A stretch of 32,551 bases of DNA from a virus. The stretch spans positions 1-32,551 of the IMG/VR virus record IMGVR_UViG_3300004941_000002. One strand, written 5' to 3'. Below the pieces are notes generated by a model. It searched no databases and was not told where the DNA came from. It saw nothing but the letters and a program-made list of their open reading frames with translations. This document shows, piece after piece, positions 22,431 through 30,114 of the stretch (its first letter is position 1; each line of letters begins with the position of its first letter). Position numbers and translations under genes: made by a program.

Positions 22431-22441
22431 AGGCTGTCACT

Positions 22442-23632
22442 ATGCCAACCTACGAAAAGCTCAACGGAGCAGTCTCACTTGCAAGCAACACCCCAGGTGT
22501 CCCAACGGGCTACGGGGTGCAGGGCATGATGTTAGCCGAACGCATGAAGCGTCACGGACTAGATGTTGCCTCACTATCGAACTATGGGCTTGAGGGCAGA
22601 ATGGATACCCTCAAAACCAAGCACGGTTCTATCCCTCACTACCCTCGAGGAATCACGACCTACTCGGGCGATGTCATAAAGCTCTACCACGAAGATTTCT
22701 TAGCGGGCAGGGAAGTGCCTAACTTTGTTCTCACCCTCTACGACGCTTGGGTGTATCTGCAATACCCCGAACTCGAAACGATGGACATTGTCTCGTGGGT
22801 TCCCATTGACCACCTAAGCATCCCTCCAAAGGTCGAGCTATGGTGCAAGAAGGAAAATGTAACCCCAATAGCCATGAGCGAATTTGGTCTCAAGCAGTTG
22901 CAGTCAAAAGACATCGACGCTCGCTACATACCTCACGCCGTCGACACCTCGGTCTATAAGCCAACACCAAAAATCGACGGTATCCCAATGCGTGAATACT
23001 ACGGACTAAAGGAAGATGACTTCCTAGTCGGCATGGTGTCAGCCAACAAAGCCAACGGTCAGATTCACCGCAAGGCTTACGCCGAAGCTCTGCTTGCCTT
23101 TTCGCTATTCAAGAAGAACCACCCCAACGCTTACCTATACATTCACGCTGAGCCAGGGAAGCACTACGGCGGGTTCAACCTCGTCACGCTGATACAAGCA
23201 GTCGGGCTAGACAAAGAGGATGTTCTATTCCCAGACCCTCACAAGCACCGCATGGGATTCTCTGACAAGGAGATGGCAGCTCTCTATACGGGCATGGATG
23301 TTTTGTTGCACGCCTCCTACGGAGAAGGATTCGGAGTGCCGTCAATCGAAGCTCAGGCTTGTGGAACACCAGTCATTGCTTCTAGCTGGACAGCATCGCT
23401 TGAACTTGCAGGGCCAGATTCTCTGCTTGTGCAAGGTCAGCCGTTCTGGGACGAGGCACAGCTTTCATGGTGGCAAGTGCCGTCTATCCCGTCAATCACA
23501 GCAGCCCTTGAGAAGGCTTACGATAAGCGTGGGCAGGAGTTCCCTGCAACCATAGAGTTCGCTAAGTCTTACGATGTTGAGGCCGTTTGGAACGCATACT
23601 GGCTACCCTTCCTCAAAGAGAGGCTAAAGTGA
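22442..23632 (+). CDS. GT4-family (GT-B fold) glycosyltransferase
   Basis: The C-terminal signature DVLLHASYGEGFGVPSIEAQACGTPVIAS is E-x7-E type. 396 aa. No Shine-Dalgarno sequence; TAGGCT lies 6 nt upstream of the ATG. Confidence 0.8.
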   Translation: MPTYEKLNGAVSLASNTPGVPTGYGVQGMMLAERMKRHGLDVASLSNYGLEGRMDTLKTKHGSIPHYPRGITTYSGDVIKLYHEDFLAGREVPNFVLTLYDAWVYLQYPELETMDIVSWVPIDHLSIPPKVELWCKKENVTPIAMSEFGLKQLQSKDIDARYIPHAVDTSVYKPTPKIDGIPMREYYGLKEDDFLVGMVSANKANGQIHRKAYAEALLAFSLFKKNHPNAYLYIHAEPGKHYGGFNLVTLIQAVGLDKEDVLFPDPHKHRMGFSDKEMAALYTGMDVLLHASYGEGFGVPSIEAQACGTPVIASSWTASLELAGPDSLLVQGQPFWDEAQLSWWQVPSIPSITAALEKAYDKRGQEFPATIEFAKSYDVEAVWNAYWLPFLKERLK

Positions 23633-24276
23633 TTCCCGTCCTAGGGTTTGCCACTCTGTCGAAGTTTGACATGGCCCAACGCCTACTAGATTCAATCGAC
23701 TACCCAGTTGAGCATTTGGTAATTATCGACAACTCTGGGAAACGTGAGTTTCAGCCAGTAGTCCCCGAGCTAGTGCAGAACACTTGGTTGCTACAAGTTC
23801 CAAACGGACTAGGTGCGAATGGTGCTTGGAATCTGATTATCAAATCAACCCCGCACGCTCCGTATTGGGTTCTACCAAATGACGACTCTTGGTTTGCCGA
23901 GGGAAGTCTTGAGTCCATTGCTAAGGATGTAGACACCGAGGCGTTCAACTTCGTTGACATTCATCCTCGCTGGTCTTGCGTGATTCCCACTGAGGGCAGT
24001 GTCCGCAAGGCAGGGCTATGGGATGAGGCGTTTCACCCCATCTATTTCGACGACGACGATTACGAGTGGCGTATGCGTGAGCTGGGGGTTCGCTTTCACG
24101 ACATCCCTGCAAAGGTGCATCACGACAACTCCTCGACGCTCAAGTCGGGCTACCAAGACAAGAACACCTTTACCTTCCGTCGCAATCAAAGTCTGCTAGT
24201 CAACAAGAGGGCAGCAAAGAATCTAGGCATACACGGCTGGTCTCTCGACATAAGGAGAATGAACTCTTGGGAATGA
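23629..24276 (+). CDS. GT2-like (GT-A fold) glycosyltransferase
   Basis: GTG at 23629 overlaps the upstream TGA (GTGA). The N-terminus VIPVLGFATLSKFDMAQRLLDSIDYPVEHLVIIDNSG and the later NDDS are typical of the GT-A layout. Confidence 0.6.
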   Translation: MIPVLGFATLSKFDMAQRLLDSIDYPVEHLVIIDNSGKREFQPVVPELVQNTWLLQVPNGLGANGAWNLIIKSTPHAPYWVLPNDDSWFAEGSLESIAKDVDTEAFNFVDIHPRWSCVIPTEGSVRKAGLWDEAFHPIYFDDDDYEWRMRELGVRFHDIPAKVHHDNSSTLKSGYQDKNTFTFRRNQSLLVNKRAAKNLGIHGWSLDIRRMNSWE

Positions 24277-24689
24277 CGGTTTACACGGGCGGAACCTTCG
24301 ACCTCTTTCACAGGGGTCACGCTAACTTCTTGAAACGTTGCAAGGAGATAGGAGAAGTCACCGTTGCCCTAAACACCGATGAGTTCATCTGGGAGTATAA
24401 GAACAAGATGCCCATAATGACCTACACCGAGCGTGAAGAAGTCCTCATAGCTTGCAGGTATGTCGACAGGGTTATCCCTAACTTCGGCGGGGCCAACTCA
24501 AAGCCAAGCATTGAGCTAGTGCAACCCGACATCATCATCATTGGGTCAGATTGGGCTAGGCGTGACTACTATGCTCAAATGCAATTCGACCAAGATTGGT
24601 TGGACGAGAGACAGATTGCACTCTGCTACATCCCCTATACAGACGGGATTAGCTCTACTAAGGTCAAGGGTCGATTAGCGGTAGACTAG
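24273..24689 (+). CDS. tagD: Glycerol-3-phosphate cytidylyltransferase-like nucleotidyltransferase (TagD-like)
   Basis: GGTFDLFHRGH (HxGH), NTDEF, CRYVDRVIP, IGSDW and PYTDGISSTKVK are collinear with TagD motifs. The ATG at 24273 overlaps the upstream TGA. Confidence 0.8.
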   Translation: MTVYTGGTFDLFHRGHANFLKRCKEIGEVTVALNTDEFIWEYKNKMPIMTYTEREEVLIACRYVDRVIPNFGGANSKPSIELVQPDIIIIGSDWARRDYYAQMQFDQDWLDERQIALCYIPYTDGISSTKVKGRLAVD

Positions 24690-24705
24690 AACTCGGAGGT
24701 TTATT

Positions 24706-25305
24706 GTGGCAATTACCAATGGCTATTGCACTCTCAACGAGCTAAAAGCATCACTCAGGATTCCCGTGTCTGACACGGTTGACGACGACTTGCTTGAGCT
24801 TGCTGTCGAGTCTGCAAGCCGAGACATCGACCAAGCTTGCGAGCGTCAGTTCTTTTCTACGGCGACTACTCGCATCTACACCCCTCGTGACTCTTTCAAC
24901 TGTGAGATTGACGACCTAATTTCTGTCACCTCAATCAAGGCATCTTCGGCAGCAGACGGTGTGTTCGATGTCACTTGGACCTCAAGCGATTACCAGCTAA
25001 TGCCACTCAACGGATTGGCAGGCGGTATGGAGATGCCTTACGACCTCATCTACGCCGTTGGGGATTACACCTTCCCTATCTCGGGTAACGAGGCAACGGT
25101 ACAGGTCAACGGAACCTTCGGCTTTTCATCAGTGCCTACTGCAATCAAGCAGGCAACCGTCCTACTCTCGGCAAGAATTTTCAAGCGCAACGACTCCCCA
25201 GGTGGAGTGATGGGCTTTGGAGACCTCGGAGTAATTCGTGTGGGACGCATGGACCCAGACATCGACAGGCTCATTCAGCCATACAAGAAGGTCCGCTTCG
25301 CATGA
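24706..25305 (+). CDS. Head-tail connector/adaptor protein (gp6-like N-terminus)
   Basis: GTG start after GGAGG. YCTLNELKASLRIPVSDTVDDDLLELAVESASRDIDQACERQF is the typical gp6-like opening. Confidence 0.7.
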   Translation: MAITNGYCTLNELKASLRIPVSDTVDDDLLELAVESASRDIDQACERQFFSTATTRIYTPRDSFNCEIDDLISVTSIKASSAADGVFDVTWTSSDYQLMPLNGLAGGMEMPYDLIYAVGDYTFPISGNEATVQVNGTFGFSSVPTAIKQATVLLSARIFKRNDSPGGVMGFGDLGVIRVGRMDPDIDRLIQPYKKVRFA

Positions 25306-25703
25306 GCATAGCTAACATCCGCTCAGGGATTGCTACCAACCTGAGGACCATCTCAGGTCTGCGGGTGTTCGAAGAAATCCCAGACCAAGTTTCACCTCCC
25401 GCTGCCATCGTGCAACTCAATTCGGTTGAGTATCACCAAGCCTTCTCAGGCGGGCTAAACATCTTCCGCTTCACCGTCAGGGTGATTGTGGGCAGAGCTG
25501 CCGAGCGTCAAGCTCAGCGGAACCTCGATACCTACGCAGAACCGACAGGTGCTTCATCTGTCAAGAGTGCGATAGAATCGAATAGAACTTTGAGCGGTGC
25601 TTGCCAAGACCTTATAGTCGAGTCAATGCCGAACATCGGTTCAATAACTGTAAACGAGAACGAATACTTAGCAGGTGAGTGGACTGTCACCTGCTACGCA
25701 TAA
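25302..25703 (+). CDS. Neck / tail-completion protein
   Basis: 133 aa, ATGA coupled to the upstream gene. Its position between the adaptor and the tail tube is the main evidence. No strong motif. Confidence 0.5.
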   Translation: MSIANIRSGIATNLRTISGLRVFEEIPDQVSPPAAIVQLNSVEYHQAFSGGLNIFRFTVRVIVGRAAERQAQRNLDTYAEPTGASSVKSAIESNRTLSGACQDLIVESMPNIGSITVNENEYLAGEWTVTCYA

Positions 25704-25712
25704 GGAGATAAA

Positions 25713-26129
25713 TTGGCTAAGTATGTAGTAACGGGAAACACCGTTAGCTTCAACGGAACCGACATTTCTGGCAGCGTCGCTCGTGCAGAGTTAGTAATCA
25801 CCTCGGCTGAGGTCGATGTAACTGACTTCGCATCGGGTGGCTACACCGAACTTGTCGGAGGATTGAAGTCTGGAACCGTGTCCCTTGACTTCCACAGCGA
25901 CTTTGGTGCAGGCGGTCTTTCAACCGTCGTATCAGAGGACCTAGTTGGAACCATCGGAACCGTAGTAATCATCGCAGGCAACGGAACCGCAGCTTCGGGC
26001 ACGACCCCTAGCTTCACCGCCGAGTGCCTCATCACATCTGTAACCAGCGTCAGCGGTGCAGTCGGAGACCTTTCGACCTGGACTGTTAGCTGGCCCACCT
26101 CAGGTGAGATTACTAAGGCAACGGCCTAA
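25713..26129 (+). CDS. Major tail (tube) protein
   Basis: TTG start after AGGAGA. 138 aa, beta-rich, with VDVTDFASGGYTELVGGLKSGTVSLDF typical of siphovirus tube proteins. It lies upstream of the chaperone and tape measure genes. Confidence 0.75.
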   Translation: MAKYVVTGNTVSFNGTDISGSVARAELVITSAEVDVTDFASGGYTELVGGLKSGTVSLDFHSDFGAGGLSTVVSEDLVGTIGTVVIIAGNGTAASGTTPSFTAECLITSVTSVSGAVGDLSTWTVSWPTSGEITKATA

Positions 26130-26139
26130 GGATAAATAA

Positions 26140-26388
26140 ATGAAAATCAACCTACAACTAACCTACGACGGCAACATCAAAGACATTACTTGTAATGCTG
26201 CGGACATGGTTGCTTTTGAGGACAAATTCAATGTCTCAATCGCATCTCTGACCAACGACCCAAAGATGAGCTACATGCTCTACTTGGCTTGGCACTCAGA
26301 GAAGCGGACTGGGGCAACAAAGGAATCGTTCGAGAAGTGGCTAGAATCCGTCGAGATGGTGGGAGCGAGTGACTCAGACCCAAAATAA
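26140..26388 (+). CDS. Tail assembly chaperone (G-like)
   Basis: 82 aa, located just after the tube gene. It ends with the slippery C_CCA_AAA heptamer directly before its stop. Confidence 0.7.
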   Translation: MKINLQLTYDGNIKDITCNAADMVAFEDKFNVSIASLTNDPKMSYMLYLAWHSEKRTGATKESFEKWLESVEMVGASDSDPK

Positions 26389-26540
26389 TTGGGCTGGGTG
26401 ACTCCTCTACCCACTGGTTCATCGCAGGACTCGCTTGTGAAACAGGTATTGCACCGAGTGTGTTGATGCAAGAATCCGAGAGGATGCTCTGGACAATGCA
26501 CCGCTGGCTGGTAGCAAAGAATCTACCGCCGAGGCAATAG
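26140..26540 (+). CDS. Tail assembly chaperone frameshift product (G/T-like, about 133 aa; join 26140..26385, 26385..26540)
   Basis: The -1 frame translates without stops as IIGLGDSSTHWFIAGLACETGIAPSVLMQESERMLWTMHRWLVAKNLPPRQ. Confidence 0.55.
26379..26385 (+). promoter_or_regulatory. -1 programmed frameshift slippery heptamer C_CCA_AAA
   Basis: It fits X_XXY_YYZ in the zero frame of 26140..26388. The -1 frame stays open from 26385 to the TAG at 26538..26540. Confidence 0.6.
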
Positions 26541-26545
26541 AGAGG

Positions 26546-26570
26546 CCCTCCCTTCGGGGAGGGTTTTCTC
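26546..26570 (+). terminator. Intrinsic terminator inside the tail operon
   Basis: Stem CCCTCCC / GGGAGGG, loop TTCG, followed by TTTTCTC. Confidence 0.75.
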
Positions 26571-26572
26571 AT

Positions 26573-26581
26573 TGGTAGAAT
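26573..26581 (+). promoter_or_regulatory. Candidate extended -10 promoter TGGTAGAAT
   Basis: TGn + TAGAAT lies immediately after the terminator, 18 nt upstream of the ATG at 26600. An AGGAG Shine-Dalgarno sequence sits between them. Confidence 0.35.
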
Positions 26582-26599
26582 TAGAGGGTTAGGAGCGTC

Positions 26600-27202
26600 A
26601 TGGGTTCAAGCTTGAGTGGTTCATCTGATGTAATCAAGGTTTTGAAAACCTATGAGAAAGATTTATACAAAGAGCTAGGCAAGAGCCTAGACTCAAAGTT
26701 GCGACCCATTATGGGGCCTATACAGGGTCAAATAAATGGAAGTGTGGCAGGTCAGCTAAGAAGCCGTAGGGATGCTGGTATGTTCAATCACAGCGGGCGA
26801 ACCTCGTGGGGCGGGGCAGAGGTCAAGGTCAAGACATCAGCAAGTCCTAAGAACCTTATTTTCATTGAGGGCAAGGGTCCTGGTAGCGGAGATTATGGCA
26901 AGCTAGGTTTCAATTATGCAGAGCTGGCTGGTATCCGTCGCAAACCTCCCCGACCAATTTCAAAGGGTTGGAACGAAACCTCAGCAGGTGGCTATCACGC
27001 ATACTTTGTTCGTGGTCAAGGTGATGGGTTTATCAAGATGCTCAATCGCTACGGTGGCCCAGGTAGGTTCTTGTGGAAGCGTGTCTTGAATCGCAAGCCA
27101 GAGATTGAGGAAAAGGTTATACAAATAGCGGAGTCTTACAATCTGAAAATTACACGCCGACTAACTACCTCGGTTAGCAACAAAGACATGGAAGTCAAAT
27201 AA
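26600..27202 (+). CDS. Hypothetical protein (200 aa) inserted between the tail chaperone and the tape measure
   Basis: Clear ORF with a Shine-Dalgarno sequence, basic and Gly-rich, with no recognised motif. Its stop overlaps the tape measure ATG (TAATG). Confidence 0.7.
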   Translation: MGSSLSGSSDVIKVLKTYEKDLYKELGKSLDSKLRPIMGPIQGQINGSVAGQLRSRRDAGMFNHSGRTSWGGAEVKVKTSASPKNLIFIEGKGPGSGDYGKLGFNYAELAGIRRKPPRPISKGWNETSAGGYHAYFVRGQGDGFIKMLNRYGGPGRFLWKRVLNRKPEIEEKVIQIAESYNLKITRRLTTSVSNKDMEVK

Positions 27203-30114
27203 TGAGTATTAAGATTCGCATTGTCTCCGACTTTGATAAGAAGGGACTAACAGAGGCAGAGAAGGCCCTCGGTAGCCTCTCTAAAGCAGCGGGTGTTGCA
27301 CTTGCAGCTGTTGGTGCAGCAGTCGCAGGTATCGCTGTCAAGTCGGTTCAAGAGTTCGCTAAGTTTGACGGTGCTCTTACCAAGTCTCAAGCCATCATGG
27401 GTGACCTCACCAAGACGATGGAAGAGGACATGGCTAAGGCTGCCCGTGAGGTAGCCAAGCAAACTACATTCTCAGCCGAACAAGCTGCCGAGTCGTTCTT
27501 CTTCCTAGCGTCCGCAGGTTTGGATGCTGAAGCCTCTATCGCTGCCCTGCCTCGAGTAGCCCAGTTCGCTCAGGCGGGTATGTTCGACATGAGCCGAGCT
27601 ACCGACCTCTTGACAGACGCTCAATCCGCTCTTGGCCTCACCATCCGTGACGATGCTGTCGCAAACATGGAGAACATGATAAAGGTGTCGGATGTCCTCG
27701 TCCGTGCGAACACCTTGTCAAACGCCACAGTCGAGCAGTTCTCTACCTCGCTGACCACTAAGGCTGGTCCTGCTCTTAGAACTCTAGGTAAGGACATGGA
27801 AGAAGGTGTCGCTGTATTGGCAGCGTTCGCCGACCAGGGTATCAAGGGCGAGGAAGCTGGAACCCAGCTCTCCATCGTTCTGCGTGACCTCTCGACTAAG
27901 GCCATCAAAAACAAAGAGGACTTCGCACAATTCGGTGTCTCGGTATTTGACGCTAACGGCGAGATGCGTAACCTCGGCGACATCATTGCCAACCTTGAAA
28001 CTGCTCTTGCGGGAATGTCCGACGAGACGGCAAAGGCTACCCTTCTTCAGCTTGGATTCGCAGACCGCTCGGTCCAGTCAATCCTTGCCCTCTTGGGAAC
28101 CTCAGATGCAATCAAGGGCTACGAAGAAGCACTCCGTTCCTCAAGTGGCTTCACAGACCAAGTAGCAAACAAGCAACTTGACACTTTCAACTCACAGCTA
28201 CGCCTACTTGAGTCAGCCTTTATAGATGTAGGTATTCAGATTGGTGAGGAGCTTACTCCTTACTTGCAAGACCTTATTCCAGTCATACAAGACCTGCTAC
28301 CGATTGTCGGTGAGAAGCTTGCAGATGCCTTCAAGAAGGTTGACTGGGAAGGCTTGATTGAGGCAGTCGGCGAGTTCATCGCTCTAATTGTCGACAACCT
28401 TGACAACATCGGCAGGTTAGTCGGAGTCATTGCTGGCATCTCAGGAGCACTTGTCACCTACACGGTTGTAACAAAGATTGCCACAACCGCTCAAAAGATT
28501 TTCAACTCAACGCTACTGCTCAATCCTTGGGGACTAGCAGCTGTCGCACTAGCAGGATTCACCTACCTCCTAATCAGGAACAATGGCGAAGTAGACAAGG
28601 CAACAGAGAACTATCGACAGCTCAACTCGCAGATTGACCAGAGTAATTACACTCAGAAGAATCTCGCCGACACCTACCGTGAGTCTGCTTATGTAGCTGG
28701 CAAGTATGGAGTTGAGACTGACGACCTGAGAAATGCAAACCTCAAGCTCGCAGGTGCAGCAGGCATGGTTTCGGGCGAGATAAATCGCTTCAATCAAATA
28801 AAGCTAGATAGCCTACGCAACGAACTCAATGCAACAAAGACTACCGCTGAGCAACTAAACGATACAGCTAGGGAGTATGGACTAGCTCGTCTTGGCCTAT
28901 TGAAGGGCACGCCGTCAGGTGCAGGACTCGAGGTGCAAGCATCTCTCATTACTACCCCGAGTGGGCCGTCTGTATTTGAACAGACTCGTGACAGAGTTCG
29001 AAGCCTTATCAAGGATTCTCAAAAGCAACTTGCTAACGCACAGAAGCAATACAACAAGACCGTCCAAGACGCTAACGAAAACTACGCCTCATCGGTTGAA
29101 CGACTGCAACTCGAGTATGCAAACCGACTCGAAGGCATAATCAGGCAATCTCAGCAAAGACTGACCGACGCATACAAGTCTGCTGTTGCGGTCAACATCT
29201 CATCGCTATTTGAGCGTGACGAGAACAAGTCCGTAGAGGGCCTAGTCAAGTCCCTAAGCGACAAACTCACGGCCTCTCGTAATCTCCTATCAAACTCCGC
29301 AGAACTCGCCTCAGCGGGCTTCTCACAGACCTTCATTGAGCAGGTCGTTTCGGCTGGAACCGAGACGGGTAACGAGCTTGCCTCGGCAATCTTGAACTCC
29401 ACACCAGATGTGCAGCGTGAACTGCAAACCCTATTCGGTGCTTTGGAGATTGAGTCTGAGCAGGGAATGGATGCTCTTGCTGAAAGCATCTATGAACGGC
29501 AAGGACTTGCAACTCAAGCACTTGTAGCTCTTTACGCTCAAACTCAAGCCGAGCAAGCCAACGCAATGATTGACTTGCAAACCCAGCTCGATGAGACTCT
29601 AACTAACGCTGCCACTACCTTGCAAGACAGCATAAAGTCAATCAAGGATAATGTCCTCGAGCAGATTGCAGAAATGGACTCTGGTCTTGGCGGACTTGGT
29701 AAGACCGTCGACATGTTTATCGGCAAGCTAGACAAGCTCATTACAAAGTATGGTGAAGCTAAAGAGGCTATGGAGGTTCCTGACATACCCGCTCCTGCAC
29801 CTGCTCCTGCACCTGCACCTGCACCGTCACCTGCCCCGTCACCTGCACCTACTCCTAAGAAGATTCCAGAGCCAGACATCAAGTTCCTGCCACAACAAGA
29901 CATCATTCCAAAGTTCAAGCCTTTGACTAATGCCGAAATCGAAGCCATCAAAAGGGATTCGTTTGACCCAGGTAGCCGAACAATTATCAACCTCAATGTC
30001 AAGACTGACGCAACACAATCGCCGTCAATGGTTGGTTCATCAATCGCTAACGCCATTAGTAAATACACAACAAAGGGCGGAGGAATTAGCGGGTTCAAGG
30101 TGATTGCGGTCTAA
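27202..30114 (+). CDS. Tape measure protein
   Basis: 970 aa, the largest ORF in the window. It is helical and Ala/Leu/Gln-rich with internal hydrophobic segments, and lies between the chaperone and distal tail genes. Confidence 0.9.
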   Translation: MSIKIRIVSDFDKKGLTEAEKALGSLSKAAGVALAAVGAAVAGIAVKSVQEFAKFDGALTKSQAIMGDLTKTMEEDMAKAAREVAKQTTFSAEQAAESFFFLASAGLDAEASIAALPRVAQFAQAGMFDMSRATDLLTDAQSALGLTIRDDAVANMENMIKVSDVLVRANTLSNATVEQFSTSLTTKAGPALRTLGKDMEEGVAVLAAFADQGIKGEEAGTQLSIVLRDLSTKAIKNKEDFAQFGVSVFDANGEMRNLGDIIANLETALAGMSDETAKATLLQLGFADRSVQSILALLGTSDAIKGYEEALRSSSGFTDQVANKQLDTFNSQLRLLESAFIDVGIQIGEELTPYLQDLIPVIQDLLPIVGEKLADAFKKVDWEGLIEAVGEFIALIVDNLDNIGRLVGVIAGISGALVTYTVVTKIATTAQKIFNSTLLLNPWGLAAVALAGFTYLLIRNNGEVDKATENYRQLNSQIDQSNYTQKNLADTYRESAYVAGKYGVETDDLRNANLKLAGAAGMVSGEINRFNQIKLDSLRNELNATKTTAEQLNDTAREYGLARLGLLKGTPSGAGLEVQASLITTPSGPSVFEQTRDRVRSLIKDSQKQLANAQKQYNKTVQDANENYASSVERLQLEYANRLEGIIRQSQQRLTDAYKSAVAVNISSLFERDENKSVEGLVKSLSDKLTASRNLLSNSAELASAGFSQTFIEQVVSAGTETGNELASAILNSTPDVQRELQTLFGALEIESEQGMDALAESIYERQGLATQALVALYAQTQAEQANAMIDLQTQLDETLTNAATTLQDSIKSIKDNVLEQIAEMDSGLGGLGKTVDMFIGKLDKLITKYGEAKEAMEVPDIPAPAPAPAPAPAPSPAPSPAPTPKKIPEPDIKFLPQQDIIPKFKPLTNAEIEAIKRDSFDPGSRTIINLNVKTDATQSPSMVGSSIANAISKYTTKGGGISGFKVIAV
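29788..29856 (+). repeat. Pro-Ala/Pro-Ser dipeptide repeat tract within the tape measure (PAPAPAPAPAPAPSPAPSPAPTP)
   Basis: 23 consecutive codons of CCN-GCN/TCN/ACN, read directly from the sequence. Confidence 0.9.

Noticed and set aside
22302-22529. 75-aa + strand ORF in the capsid-GT spacer
   Set aside because: It starts inside the T-tract of one terminator, reads across a second terminator, and overlaps the GT4 start out of frame. Its Cys/Arg/His-rich translation is not protein-like.
29544-30098. 184-aa minus-strand ORF inside the tape measure gene
   Set aside because: It is antisense to the 970-aa tape measure. Its Gly/Ala-repeat (GAGDGAGDGAGAGAGAGAGAG) is simply the complement of the Pro-Ala tract. 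It is an artefact of repeat composition.
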